Assembly: GCA_028534125.1 (NCBI GenBank)
Contig: CM052817.1
Span: 92,010,001 to 92,074,000, forward strand
DNA from: Lama glama
Lineage: Eukaryota
Direction: 5' to 3'
Length of the DNA: 64,000 bases
The position numbers and the translations under genes were made by a program. The notes under the pieces are model-generated. The model was not told where the DNA came from. It made no database searches and was given only the letters and a program-made list of their open reading frames with translations. Shown here in pieces: positions 13,732 to 26,287 of this stretch. The number at the start of each line of letters is the position of its first letter. Position 1 is the first letter of the stretch.

Positions 13732-13935
13732 GTTGTTTAAGAACATGGGCTTTGGAGTTCACTTGCAAGCTTCAAATCCCAATTTAACCATTTTGGAGCT
13801 GTGTGATCTTGGACAAAGTACTTAACTGTTTTTAATTTTCTATTTTTTAAAAATGAGCGTGGATTACTTATAGAAAAGAGATAAACTTGAGATGAAAAAA
13901 AGTGATTTTTCTGAAAGGACTTCAGCAACATAACC
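13732..13935 (+). mobile_element. MIR SINE
   Basis: aagaacatgggctttggagttc...ttcaaatccc...agctgtgtgatcttggacaaagtacttaac. Confidence 0.8.
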
Positions 13936-13954
13936 TTACACGAGAACAACTGCC

Positions 13955-14085
13955 TCCATTTAATGAGGGTCTTCTATGCACCAGGCATTTGAGATACATT
14001 ATTCTAAACTTTACACAGTCTGGCAAGGTTAATAGTATTATTCCCAGTTTATAAAGTAAGAGAAGTCAAGTTCAAAGTAACTAAG
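13955..14085 (-). mobile_element. MIR SINE fragment
   Basis: ctatgcaccaggcat...agtattattcccagtttata. Confidence 0.6.
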
Positions 14086-14399
14086 GAGTTAGACTTGGTC
14101 TCAGAGCTGAAAAATCTACCTACATTCCTTACTTCATTTTTTTTCTTATTAAAAATAAATGAGCCAAGAATTTCCCTTCCCTCTCTAATGCCTCTTTTCC
14201 TAGTGGTATTCCAGATCACAAGTATATTGAGAGTCTTTCTTTCTTCTCTCCCTTGTTTGATCCATTTAACTTACCTAAAATCACCCCCTGCACCTGCTTC
14301 CTGGTACCACTGACCCCAGTACTTCTGCCTAATTTGATTTGACTTGAGCCCTGTCCTCAAGGCTCCTATCAGATCCACCTCCACCATCAGCACCACCAT

Positions 14400-14605
14400 C
14401 ATAATGATAGCAGACACTTATTTAGCACTTCTCTATGTGCTGGAACCCTATAAGATAGTTACTATTATTGTCCCCATTTTAGAGATATGGAAACTGGGTC
14501 ACTGAAAAGGTTAATTGCCTACCAGAGGCTCGGAGTAGGTGGCAGAGATGGAGTACTGACCTCAGCAGTCTGGCTCCAGAGTCCTTGGTCTAACTCTACA
14601 CTACA
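14400..14605 (-). mobile_element. MIR SINE
   Basis: actattattgtccccattttagagatatggaaactg...ggcagagatgga...cagtctggctccagagtc. Confidence 0.85.
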
Positions 14606-15504
14606 GGTCTCCACAGCCCCAGAGAAACCCAAAGGAAGTTCCTAATTCCAGCAAGTGAATCTGAGCAGGAGCGAGGAGTACCTATTTGACAGGTACTCCA
14701 AACATTTTATGATGTTAGATATAAAAACTGCTTCCTTCTTGCTGTAAATGTGCATTTTTAAATCACCATGGATAAAATTATTTTTTAGTGGGCTAGCCCA
14801 GGGATGTTGTTTTTATGGGGAACATAAGTTCTGAGTTTTCCCCCCAAAAAAAAAACAAAAACAAAAAACTACTGGGATAGCCTGCTCATAAGCTGGAGAT
14901 TTCCTTTATTTCCATTTAGGATAAAGTTAAAGTGGGGGAAACGGGAAGACGAGGGGAAAGGAGACGCTTCAAATTCTGTGGATACAATTTAGCATGCAAT
15001 CTGGATAATACATCCCGGCTTTCTAAGTGTGCTAAACATAAACATAAATGGTTTGTCAGAGCTAATCTGGCAGCCAAAAGTGAATATTAATAACATAGAA
15101 GATCAATAAGATGCCTAGCAAAGAACAACGGATTAACTTGGTTCTAGAAATAGCACAAATCGTGTAGGCCAGGGAGGAAGGCATGGGACAAGAGGCGTAG
15201 TCAGAGAGAAATTCATCTCTTCCTTATACGATTCAAGGAATTGAGAACAGACAATAAAATATGCCCATCTCTTTTGGCTCTACCCACTAAATAAGCAGTT
15301 TAATCAATTTTTACCTTTCCCTCCCTGTCTGCATCTGCCACTACTAGCTCAATAGGAGAATGGATAACCCTAGTTCAAACACAGGTCAGGATGACTATTA
15401 TAAATATTCCGACCTATGCTATTACTTTCTCCCTCTGGTCCTGTGTCGTGTACTCTATTTAAGTAAAGGGCTGCACAAGGGAGTTTTTACCCAGAGCATA
15501 TTCA

Positions 15505-15670
15505 ATTTTAAAAAGGGGGTTTCGTGTTCAAATAAGTCTGAGAAAAGCTGCACAACAACCCCCCTTTTAAGATATCGAGGGCTCGGAGAAGTTTTTCAGG
15601 AAAGACACTTGCTTAACATATGTAACCCAGTGTTTCCCAAGCCTTTTGGCCATCAAATCTTTTTTTCTTA
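15505..15670. mobile_element. hAT-Charlie-type MITE remnant with imperfect internal inverted repeat
   Basis: aaaaagggggtttcgtgttcaaataagtctgagaaaagctg pairs imperfectly with cagtgtttcccaagccttttggccatcaaatctttttt; CAGTGTTTCCCAA is a Charlie-type end motif. Confidence 0.5.
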
Positions 15671-15779
15671 ACCCCTATTAACATCTCTGTGTAGAATGAA
15701 GGTGAGAACTCTGGACCAGGAGGACAGCAAACTGAGTTCTCATCCCTCCTTCCTGTGAGATCCAAGTCCCTTAACCACC

Positions 15780-16060
15780 CACCCCTGCCACCGGGAGTCT
15801 GTCCAGCCACAAGGTTCTAAGAATTTCCAACTCGTCTGCTTAAGTGGCCGTGGCCAGCAACGTGGAAGCCAGGCTCTGGGCAGGCACTTCGGACCGGCGA
15901 GCCCCTCCTGCTGGGGTTCCAAAGCCCTCACGTCACCCAGGAGCAGCCTAGACAATGGGCTCTTTTACACCCTTCACATTCGGCCTTTTACGCCCAGGCC
16001 TAGTGAGCACTAAGATTGTAAAGGCTGCTCTGGGCGGGTAAGGGGAGGGAGGGAATTTGT
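15780..16060. promoter_or_regulatory. Candidate enhancer (locally GC/CpG-enriched, repeat-free)
   Basis: Several retained CpGs; CRE-like cacgtcac, SOX-like gacaatgg, GC box gggcggg. Confidence 0.25.
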
Positions 16061-16502
16061 AGAAAATTGTTATAACAAGCTTATATTTGTTCTTTGAAAC
16101 ATTTGCTGGCATTCAGGAGTGGCTTTTAAAATAGTTTCTTGTGCTTTTTCATTTAAATATGCAAGTTTAATAAACATTATTCATCCAAAACAGAGAAATG
16201 ATGCGAACTCGTATTACAACTGATTCTTTCGGCATATGCTCTTAGGCTCTATTCTCAGCTGATTTCACTCGAAATGCTGTTAACTCTGATATTTCAACTT
16301 TTCTGGGGAAAAGTGATGACGATCTAGAGAATTCCTCCTAATACTGAGCAATGCAACTTTTATACAGTTCCACAAATTACTCACCTTTTCCTTCTATTTA
16401 CAGATTTTTCTCCTTTCAAACAGTCTAAGGAAAACTAAGGGTTATCTGTCTACAAGCTGAGGTTGATTTTCTTCTTTTTATAACAAGGACATATAAACAC
16501 TA

Positions 16503-16730
16503 TAAAACTAACACTTATGTAAGTGCCTGGTATATGACAGACTTTACTCTAGGCAACATGTACATTAATCGTAACAACAACCTGACAAGATAGGTACTAC
16601 TGTGACTGCAATTTTACAGATGTGGAAACCGAGGTGCAGAGAGGATAAGTGACTTTCCAAGGTACACATCACTAGGAAGTGGCAGAGCTGAGATTTGAAT
16701 CCAGCCATCTGTGTTCTTAACCACCATGTA
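16503..16730 (-). mobile_element. MIR SINE, near full length
   Basis: attttacagatgtggaaaccgaggtgcagagaggataagtgactttccaaggtacaca...ggcagagctgagatttgaatccag. Confidence 0.9.
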
Positions 16731-17189
16731 CCACATCTTGCTTACATTTGTAAAACAACAGAACCATCACCATAAAAATATATAAATCATCGCAGGACAC
16801 AATGTGGAGTTATATGAACTCCATGATGTAACTAAAGACCTCTTGGTTCTACTGAAGTCAGATGAAGGGGGAAAGGCCTGACCGATATTATAAAGGATAC
16901 TGGTTGGCGATAAGAAAACACATTCTGTCTTTTCAGTAATCCGAGACTGGCTTACCTAAGGAGGCTGGGAAATCTTCCCAAATGCTTAATAATAAAAGTG
17001 AGAGAACCATCTGAAATACTTTGGAAAAATTCACACAGAAATTGAAATGGGCTAAGTTAACTGTCCTCAACCTTGTTATTCCAAGTCCTTCCTGGGAGTA
17101 CTCCATGATTATTTTCCCAAGACGTTAAAAGAATGTTTTCAACATGTTAATCAGGGGCGAGGGGGAGGATGGTCAGGAAGAGAGGAAGC

Positions 17190-17612
17190 AAAGACAGAGA
17201 TTAAAAAGATTTAAGAGACAAAACAACCAGTGTACTGTGTGGACTCTGTCTCCATCCTGATGGAAAAAACCAACTAGGAAAAGCCTTTTTTGAGATCATT
17301 AAGAAAATCCCATTATGAACTGGGTATCAGATGATAGGAAGGAGTTATTGCTAATTATGTTAGGTCAGATAACAGCAGGGTGATTATATGAGAAATCGCC
17401 ATAGTTTTTAGAGACGCATCCTGCAGTAAATAAAGGTGCAACAACATGATGGCTGAGCTTTTTACTTTGACAAAAAAAAAAAAAAAAAAAGAAGAGGCTA
17501 GATGAAGCAAGGGTGGCAAGCCTTGACAATCGTAGACTCTGAGTGACGGTGCCCGAGATCATCACACTTCCTCAGCTGCTGCATGTTTGACAACTTCCAG
17601 GATAAAATATGT
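17190..17612 (+). mobile_element. Old L1 3' UTR (L1MC4/5-like)
   Basis: agattaaaaagatttaagagacaaaacaacc...tgggtatcagatgata-ggaaggagttattgctaatt...tagatgaagcaag. Confidence 0.75.
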
Positions 17613-18057
17613 TGACAAAGAATATGGAAAGATTTTTCCCTCCCGATGAAAAATACTTTGAAAAACAAATACCCTGAAAACAAACTACTCTAGAAATGGC
17701 CAGATACACACCTGGGTTATATAGTTCAGTTCTCCTAAGACTGAGGCTGGGAAAGGGAAGTGAGAATTAAAGGGACGAGCAAGAGGTGACTATGGAATGG
17801 AGAGAGATGAGAAGGAAAAAGAACAGCTCCACTGTTTCAAGGAGACTTTTAGAGGACGAGCCTGTCAGCTCTAGCTCTGCTGGGTCTGCTTAGACTTCCC
17901 TTAGTAACATGCTTCTCACCCAATACTCTCCACCACTTTGAAAAGTACTACATAGAACAAGCCTGGTATCCTCCTTCACTTTGAGCATTTGGTGTCTCAC
18001 CCATCCTCCACTGGTTCTCAGTCCTTAGGAGTGACTGGTGTAATCACTGAGATAGGG

Positions 18058-18076
18058 GTGTGTGTGTGTGTGTGTG
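18058..18076. repeat. (GT)n microsatellite
   Basis: Seen directly. Confidence 0.95.
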
Positions 18077-18429
18077 GTCAGCCCTTCCTCTGTCGTGGTG
18101 GTTATAATCTACATCCTTGTCTTTCATCCACTGGGTTACATCTTTATTATAAGACCATGAGCCCCATTTCCATTTGGTATTCCAGGTGTGCTTACTATAC
18201 ATCCATCTTCAGGTAAGTGAATATCCTTCAATAATTAGGAAACAAGTTTTGCTTTCCCAAAGGAAAAACACATAGCTAAATCACTATACCTTCCCTAAGT
18301 GCTTTTACTAGAAGCCCATCAAAACATATTAAAATACAAATAAAAACCTTTAGAGACAGGAATAAACACTCTGAACAAATTAGTTGGTCAGACTCAACAA
18401 ATACTACATTCTCTAACTTCCTCTTTCGC

Positions 18430-18765
18430 CCCAGTGACAAAGATAACCACTGAATGTATTTTGTTTCTAAGCATACGCTAGCCTTTTGCTTTTAATTAAG
18501 CCCTATGGTAAATTTTGCATCCTACCTACTTTTCTCACGTAACATTAAAATATGAACATTTTCCTGTTCTAATTCTTCATAAGCACCCATGAATGGCTGG
18601 AGAATATCCTGTCAATTGGAGGTAGGAAACTTAAATTTTCCCCAACTACTAGATGTCAGGGTGTTGCCATTGGTTTAATATTATAAATAATATTCTAATG
18701 AACATCTTTACGTGCAATACTTTCTTACATAATTATACGTATTTCCATAGAATTGATCCTCAGAG
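18430..18765 (-). mobile_element. Old L1 (L1ME-like) fragment
   Basis: atggctggagaatatcc...attataaataatattctaatgaacatcttt...atttccatagaattgatcctcag. Confidence 0.6.
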
Positions 18766-19259
18766 CATAATAAAAAAATGAAATTAAGAACAGTATCTAG
18801 TAATTTACCTTAACACAAGAAAGAAAAGAATAATTAAAAAAAGGTCCCATTGAGAGGTGAGTTTGCACTAGACGAGCCTGAATGTCCTGACTCTGTAATC
18901 TGTGGCTCATACCATGTGCTGGAAGACAAATGTCTCTCTGCTTGGTGCTTCTTGGTTGCACATGGTGTTAACCTTGACCTAACCCTAGTCACTACCCCTG
19001 AATGCTTCTCGCTGTCTTGTTTTTCTTACAGTGTAATAACATGAATCTGCAGTCCTGGCTGTTCTGTTTAGAATTTCATCATCCTTCCTCACTCCTACAG
19101 CAGTTTGTTGTACCTCCACTTCCCTCATTCCCCCTCAAGCTAGTCAGTTGTTTGCGTTATCTGTCTGCTGAGTCTCTTGAATTCATCTCTAAATCCTCAA
19201 CAGTGCCGGGGACTGTGCTAAGCAGAGAGCAAACACTGCCAGAACATTAACTGATTTCC

Positions 19260-19745
19260 GTTCAATTGTTAGCATCATTCTGTTCCTGAGCAGGTTATAG
19301 TTTTTAATGTCCTCAACCCTACCCAGCACTTAAAATTCCTCTCTATTTAGCCTCTTCTATACGTTTAATGAATGTGCTGTTTACATCCTTCCTCGGATAA
19401 TTAATGAAGATCTTCCGTAAGACCACGCCGAACACAGATTCCTACCCTCCTCCAGACTCGATGCAATGCCATTTATCATTACACTTTCAGTCCTTCAGGC
19501 AATTTTCAATCAATTTGACACATCCAAGTCAATTTGAATTCATTTTTCCAAACCAAATTTTATGAGACCTGGTATCAATTCTTCCATTCACGTCTGGATG
19601 TATTTGGAAGTAATAATATATCTACTGCATTCTTTTTGTCCACTTGTTCTCAGATTTCCCCCCCCTCAAAAATCAATTAAGTTCATCTAACATAAAAAGT
19701 TTTATAAATCCATGCTGTCTGTGGCTCATAGCTCTAATGTCTGAT
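19260..19745 (-). mobile_element. CR1/L3 LINE reverse transcriptase fossil
   Basis: Minus-strand translation from 19441, ESVFGVVLRKIFINYPRKDVNSTFIKRIEEAK*RG, aligns without gaps to CR1 RT GSVLGPVLFNIFINDLDEGIECTLSKFADDTKLGG; QHGF motif at 19706-19717. Confidence 0.8.
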
Positions 19746-19836
19746 AGATGTTCATACATTTACCCACTCAAAGGTTCTATTTGTTAGCAATGCAGTTTTC
19801 CTAATTCATTTATTTATTCTATAACTGCCTATGGAA

Positions 19837-20038
19837 CAGTTGACCCTTGAGCAACATGGTTGAAACTGCATGGGTCCACTGACATGTGGATTTTTTTCAA
19901 TAACTAATACAATGCTACATAATATGTAACTGTTGAACTGTGGATAGAAGGGTCAACTGTGGGACTTGAGCATCTGCGGATTTGGGTATCCCCAGTGGGT
20001 CCTGGAACCAACGCCCGGCGGATACTGAGGGATGACTG
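19837..20038. mobile_element. TcMar-Tigger MITE (MER2B/Tigger2-like)
   Basis: Starts cagttgacccttgagcaacatgg, ends gggtcctggaaccaacgcccggcggatactgagggatgactg; internal aagggtcaactg (19948-19959) is the exact reverse complement of the first 12 bp. Confidence 0.9.
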
Positions 20039-22990
20039 TGCTTACTATGGGCAGGTACTATGCTTAGAACAGCTTTAAAACTAATTCTATTTAGAAATGA
20101 ATTATTCAGGGACTCTTGTTCTGTGAACTATACAGGGCAATGCTCTCTAAAACTATTTTCACTATATATTAGCAACACTGGATCATAGATGGGGTAGGAA
20201 GAAGAGAGAAAGCCAAGTTTGGAGTCTTATTGGAAGGTCTGATAAACAGGTTTCTGGGGTAAGGATTCTGAAAAAAGGAGGCCAAAATAAGATATGAGAA
20301 TGAATCTGTGCTTTGATTATCTGTGTTATCTCTGCCAACAACTGGATATTCATTCCTGGACACTGGATAGTGTCAGTCTCTTTCTCTCTCTCACCGTCAT
20401 TATTCTTTGTGATTTCCAAAGGAGAGTGTCCATATTTTGATGAATTCATTACTACTTCCATTAACACTGGTTAACACATCATCCAAGACCTTGCCTATTT
20501 ATTTGTTTTCTTCTTCTTCTTTTTTTTTTAAATGAAACAGGTCTTCATTACTGTTTAATTATCCTTATTTATCTTCTTAAAGGCCAGTTTTAAGAAGCAG
20601 TTCAGAAGCTCAGCCATTTTGCCATCAAGAACTCAGTCATTTGAGCATAATCACTAAGCTTATCTCCCTATTCATGTAATGCGAGGCCTCTTTTATCTCT
20701 GTTGTGCCTTCCTCTCTCTTCTTTATTATGTTTATATTATTACCCTCTGCACCACTGATCGCCATAAATACTTCTTGGTTGTAACTCTGGAACCTCTTTG
20801 ATGATTCATGCTCTCTAGTGAGAGTCCTCCCGACAGACTTCATTTACTCTCAGGTTTCTCCATTTTTCCTCCCTATTTCTGCACAGCTGTCATTGTCACT
20901 GGGATATTGCTTCTGGTCTTCCCAATGACCTCTGGCCTTTGTGGTGAAACCACTGACCCTGATTGCAGCCCCTGCCCCAATTTTACAAGGTAAGAAGGGC
21001 TGCAGAAGCACAGACCCATCTCCCATGTCAGACACTGCTCAGATCCACTGCTCCTGCCCCCGTGGACAGGTGCTCTCTCCTCACTGAAGCTAAAGAGCCG
21101 ACTCAACTGGGGAAAAGGGAGATGAGCCCTATTGGTTCAAGTCCCACATCAGAAGAGCAGACCTGACCACTTCCAGCAATGGTCCCGTTCTTCAAAACCA
21201 GTGTTGCAATTCGGACAACTAATAATCTCCCTCATTTATCAATCATACCTCAAAGATCACAAACCAAGAGAAACACTAAATTATCTTTCTTTTCTTGGTA
21301 ATATCCATGCTTATATTTGATTTTAGATATTCCCTCTCCTTACCCCTTTCTTATTTGTGTGGTATCTGAACTTGTGGCTGTTAATTGCTAGGCTAGATTA
21401 ATTACCAAGTCATTTTCACCTTGTATGATAGCACAGAAATACGTTTTCTTTAAATAGAGAAATTTTTTTAAAGATTCATGTCAAAGAGTCCAACTAGAAA
21501 GAAAGCACAAACTAAAGAAAAAGAGGGCTTATAACTATATTAGTAAGTGTAATACTATTTGCAAATATTACATCTATCACTTCAATTATATGCTTCTTTT
21601 AAAAAGACTGAAATAAGACACCCATAATTATTACATAAATGTCATTTTTTATATCAGCTCAGCAAATGTGCACATTTTTGTTTCAAAACTGAGATAAGTA
21701 AAGGTGCCAATTTATTATGTTCTTTAAAATTTATACCAAATTAATCAATCTAAATTTTCTGGTCCCAAATCTGTATTTTTAACTAAAGTTATTGTGGACA
21801 GTTTACAGAGGACTCTTTGCGTGATTTGACAAAAATAAGATGATGGAGACAAAATAAGTGGAATTTTTTTCCCTCAGTCTGAGTGAGAGCTGCTTATATA
21901 ATCAACTTATTTCATTTGGGAGTGGATATAGCATTTCTATGAGTAAGAAGGAATGAATAAAGTGCCATACAGATCTCTTCTTCCCATCACATCTTTCCCT
22001 TTGCCCATCCTGGTTTCTCTGTGTCCATGTGGCCCCCAACTTATTTCCCCTACAACTCCTTTCTTCGCATGAATTCTGGCACTGATCCTGTCCAAAGGTC
22101 ACTCTACCCCTCCCCTCCCATGTTTAGGATAATTGCATTCTTGTCTGTAAATGCCACACCAACCACACATCAGTAGCTTAGTGGCAGCTTAACTGGAGAC
22201 AGCAGATTAAATTATTTTAAATTTACACTCACTTATTGATAAACTACCACACATAAGACACTGGATAACACACGCCAGCTTTGTCAAGGGGCCTGCCCTA
22301 AACTGTCCACACACATACAGAGGATAAGATTGTTGGGTGGGGCAGGGGAGACATGACGCGGGAAGATGAAATCAGCTTTTACTAACTGGTCAAAAACAGG
22401 AGCCACGCTTAGAACAGCTTATTCCAAGGCATGTCAGCCTTATTTCATTCATCTCCTCCCATCCTCCTTTTCTCGTATTTTTTTTTTCTTTCTCATCCAT
22501 TTTTGCCTCTGTATTGCCTTAAAACTAGAGGTTCCTTTACCTCATGGCAGCTCCTTCCCCTTCAACTCTCAGGCACTGAAATGCTACCCCCACCCTGCCA
22601 CACCTTTCTGGCTCTCGGTCCTAGTCTCCCAGCTTGCTCAGATACAGATGCACACTGCCAACACTGCCAGCTAAGTGCTTCAGGAGGGGGCAGTTCTGAC
22701 ATTACCCCCCGCCACTCAGCAAGCCTCATAACAGAGAAGACAGTTTAAACCCCAGGGATGGTAAAATCATCATCATTATGACCTCTCTGGGTACTGCAGC
22801 ATTGAACAGAGATTACGGCTGCCACCTTTGATAATGAGAAACCTGGAAATTACATAGGCTGGTAACAGCAACAGCACAGAACGTCGTCTGAAAACCTCCA
22901 GCTCCAGCTGTCTCATGCTAGGCAGCGACGGCGCAGATTAGAATCCAACCCAAAAAGAGCTGCAGGATCTAGCGATACTGGCCTTCTTAC

Positions 22991-23037
22991 CCTTTCCTTC
23001 AGCACTGCCACTAGTTGGGATTATTCTCGCTGGTCTA
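22991..23037 (-). other. Candidate small exon (47 nt, or 44 nt via NAGNAG)
   Basis: Minus strand: tttttaaattttcccatgTAG|TAG|acc...ggaaagg|GTAAGA within a repeat-free, CpG-retaining block. Confidence 0.3.
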
Positions 23038-24079
23038 CTACATGGGAAAATTTAAAAATTGGGTGTTTAAATCAAGTTGGAACACAAAGAGATTAACAAC
23101 AAAGAGAACGTGTCCGTTATTCTTCCAGCGCGTACTCATTCCATGATTTAAATATTTATTCCGCAAATATAGCCGGTGTGTGTCCATATGAGATCATCAG
23201 AACACTGGACCTTCAGCTGTCCTCTGAGGGTCAAAGCGGAGATTGTGTGTGTGTCTAATATTATTGCAGAAAGAATAAATATTTAAAAATGAACTAAGGC
23301 ATTTCTTTCTTGTAGACAACGGCAGAGAACAAAAAGTTTCACACTGGTTCAAACTTTTGAGGAAGTTTGCAACTGTATTTGAGGGGACTATAAAGTTATT
23401 AGGGGATAGACAACAAACCCTGTGAGCCTGTCACAAGCCTTCCACCGAAACTGTGTTATATTAAATTTGGATTCAAATAGGTAATCCATTGGCAAAGGCT
23501 TCACAATACGGGTTATACAAAGATTTTCAACGAATGACAATGTTGAAGTGGAATCTAACTTAAATTTTGTAATAATCCTGTGGTAGCGGCATGGAAACTT
23601 TTATCCATAAATTTTAATCTTTCATAGGATTACTCATCATGATATTTTGGAAATAACAAGATTCTTTGCAACTGCCTTCTACCATCTTTACTTGCCAAGA
23701 TGCAGCACCTGAAAATTTTCTTCTTTCACAAGGATTTTCCTTCTCTCCCAATTGAATGTGATCTCTCCACCCTCAGAACTGTGTTCAGACTCTCTTACGG
23801 GTCTATTTCCAGCCGTACTTTATCCCCACTCTCAAGCCTTACTGGAAGCAACTGTATCAGCAACTGGAACGAACTGGGAACTACTCTCAGCCTTGGCTGA
23901 CTGGCCAAGGGCCTTCTGTAGTGAGTACTAAAAGAAAATTGTCCAATGAAAATGCAGAACTTTGGATTCTAACTCTAACTCAGCCTCAGATTTGCTTCAG
24001 TTTTTAACTAGACAGGTCTCATTTCTCACTCACCAAACAGCACTCCCATAACTCCAGGGGTACCCATATCAATTTAGGT

Positions 24080-24230
24080 TCTAGAATCATCCGTGGAGAT
24101 AGTCTAGGTATCATTTAGTTTGACCCACTTATTTTAAAAGATAAGGCAAAGGAAGCTCAAAGAGGTTACATGTCCCTTTTATCAGCTAGTGATAAAATTC
24201 AGACAAAACAGCTACAGATGACCTTGTCTT
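24080..24230 (-). mobile_element. MIR3-like SINE fragment
   Basis: atcatttagtttgacccacttattttaaaagataaggcaaaggaagctcaaagaggtta. Confidence 0.6.
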
Positions 24231-24494
24231 GGAATTGGTTAAGCCTCTATCATTGAATGCAGAGTGAGTTTAATCTGAGTGAAAATTTCAGACTAAACTG
24301 AAATTTTGACATTATTCTCTTCTCAAGGAGACTGAAACTGTTAATGAGTTTATAGTTAAACCAGAAATTTAAAATCACCTCACTTCTCTGTTCAGTTCCT
24401 CACCAAGTCTAAGCAGGCTCAAAGTCCTTTGACTATAAAAACTGTTAGTTATCTGAGAATACTTTCTACTGCACAGCACGTAAAAATAAGAATA

Positions 24495-24760
24495 CCAGAC
24501 TCACACACACACATTGCTGGTACAGGTGGGTGAACGTGTATAATCTTACTGAGGGCATTTAGCCACATGATACAAGACTTTTAACATGTGAACACTCTTT
24601 GACCTGTCAATGTCATCTCTAATAGTGTATTCGAAGGAAAACCTACTAGAGATCTAGGAATATGACCAATTTTTATTCTTTCTTTTCACTTTTGGAAACA
24701 TTTCAAGATTTCTTGCAATGAGTTTATGTCATTTCTGCCATTGGAAAACAAAAACAAAAA
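24495..24760 (+). mobile_element. Old L1 (L1ME-like) fragment
   Basis: acattgctggtacagg...gagggcatttagcca...ctttgacctgtcaatgtcatctcta, followed by an A-rich end. Confidence 0.6.
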
Positions 24761-25361
24761 CCTCTCATTGTAAAGAATGAGGGAATAGAACTGGTCGCTC
24801 CCCCTGCAAGGTCCTTTTGAGCTCTCATGCTCCACCTGAGGGTTGTTTTCTTCCTGGTCAAAAGGTTATAGAAAGGAAAAAAACTGGAATTCTCCAGAAG
24901 AGGTCACCAACTTGTAACTGTGAATAGGTGTTCAGAACATTCAATGGTGTTTGAATTTTTGAAAAGCTATAGAAGCAGAAGGATCCAGCTGAACCCCTTC
25001 TCCCACATGGATTTCACATAATCAATAGACCTAAAAATACTCACTGAACACAGCCTCGGAGCGGCATGGCACTGAGAGCTCTGTAGAAACACACCTCAGC
25101 TGCATTTCCTCGCCCTTCCTGGCTCTCTCTGCCCCGTAGCAGTGACATAGCCCATGAAAAGATGACCACGAAGGAGAGGCAGTAATGGGTTTCCAAATAC
25201 AAAATGGAGGAATTTAGAAAAGGGAGGAGCTCATGCAGAACTAGATGAGGCAGAAAGGCTCTGCAAAGCAGGAAGAAGTCAAGCCTTGAAAAAGAGATGG
25301 AGGCAGAGTATGGGAAAGGACAGAGCTGGGAGATGCAGTGGAGTAAACAAAGGTATACAGG

Positions 25362-25609
25362 AAACAAACCTCTGGTTACCTAATGGGAGAGGGAGGGAAG
25401 GAGGGACGTAATAGGAGTATAGGATTACCAGATACAAACTACCATACATAAAATAGATAAGCAACAAGGATCAACTATATAGCACAGGGAATTATAGTCA
25501 ATGTTTTATAATAACCTATAATGGAATATAATCTGAAGAAAATGTGTATCATTTTGCTGTATACCTGAAACGAACACAATCTTGTAAATCAACTATACTT
25601 TGATTTAAA
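25362..25609 (+). mobile_element. Cetartiodactyl-type L1 3' end with target-site duplication
   Basis: ggttacc...aaatagataagcaacaagga...atagcacagggaattata...tgctgtatacctgaaa...aatcaactatactt; flanked by aaaggtatacagg (25349-25361) and aaaggtctacagg (25610-25622). Confidence 0.92.
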
Positions 25610-25659
25610 AAAGGTCTACAGGGCCTCATATTCATGAGACATTTCAAATGTTTCACCTG

Positions 25660-26105
25660 CAGGATGACGTTAAGATCCATGGCACACGGAGCCCTTCCCA
25701 ACTTCACCCAAACCTCTCACGTCAGCTCTCCCTGCTGTTCTGAATTTCTTCCCATTTTCTGATTCCTTGCCTTAGCATATGCTGTTCCCTCTGCTCTTCC
25801 TTATTTCTCCACCTGTAAACTCCTACATATTTTAAAGTCCAGCCCAAATACCACCTGCCCCACAAAGGCTTCCCCGAGTTGTCCACACAGCTTGTGACAC
25901 CCTCTCCTGCTCATGCTCTTATTACTGCTTCTCTCTCTAGAGGACCGTAATTACTCTGCTTATGATTCTGCCTCCCCCTTTTGACCATGAACCCCACAGG
26001 CATGGGGCCATGCAGCACTTTATTTTGTTTCTCAGCCTCTGTATTATTAGTTTTGAGGAGTGTGTCAAAAGAGTTGTCAAAAGAATAAATAAGTGAATGA
26101 GTAAG
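25660..26105 (+). mobile_element. L2 LINE 3' region
   Basis: gccttagcatatgctgttccctctgc...aaactcctacatattttaaagtccagcccaaataccacc, with a gaataaataagtgaatgag tail. Confidence 0.8.
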
Positions 26106-26287
26106 TGTAAGTAAAAGTGAAAACTTGGAAAGACAGGGTTAAGAAAGGTTTTACTGGTTTTGAGGGGTAGGTTACTGAGGAACAAGAGTCAGATGGAACG
26201 GCTGACTGGGCCCTTGTGTCTCCAGTGGGATTTGATCATCAGTCACCAAACGCTCACTGGGTGTCTGTTTTGTGCCAGAAGATATAT

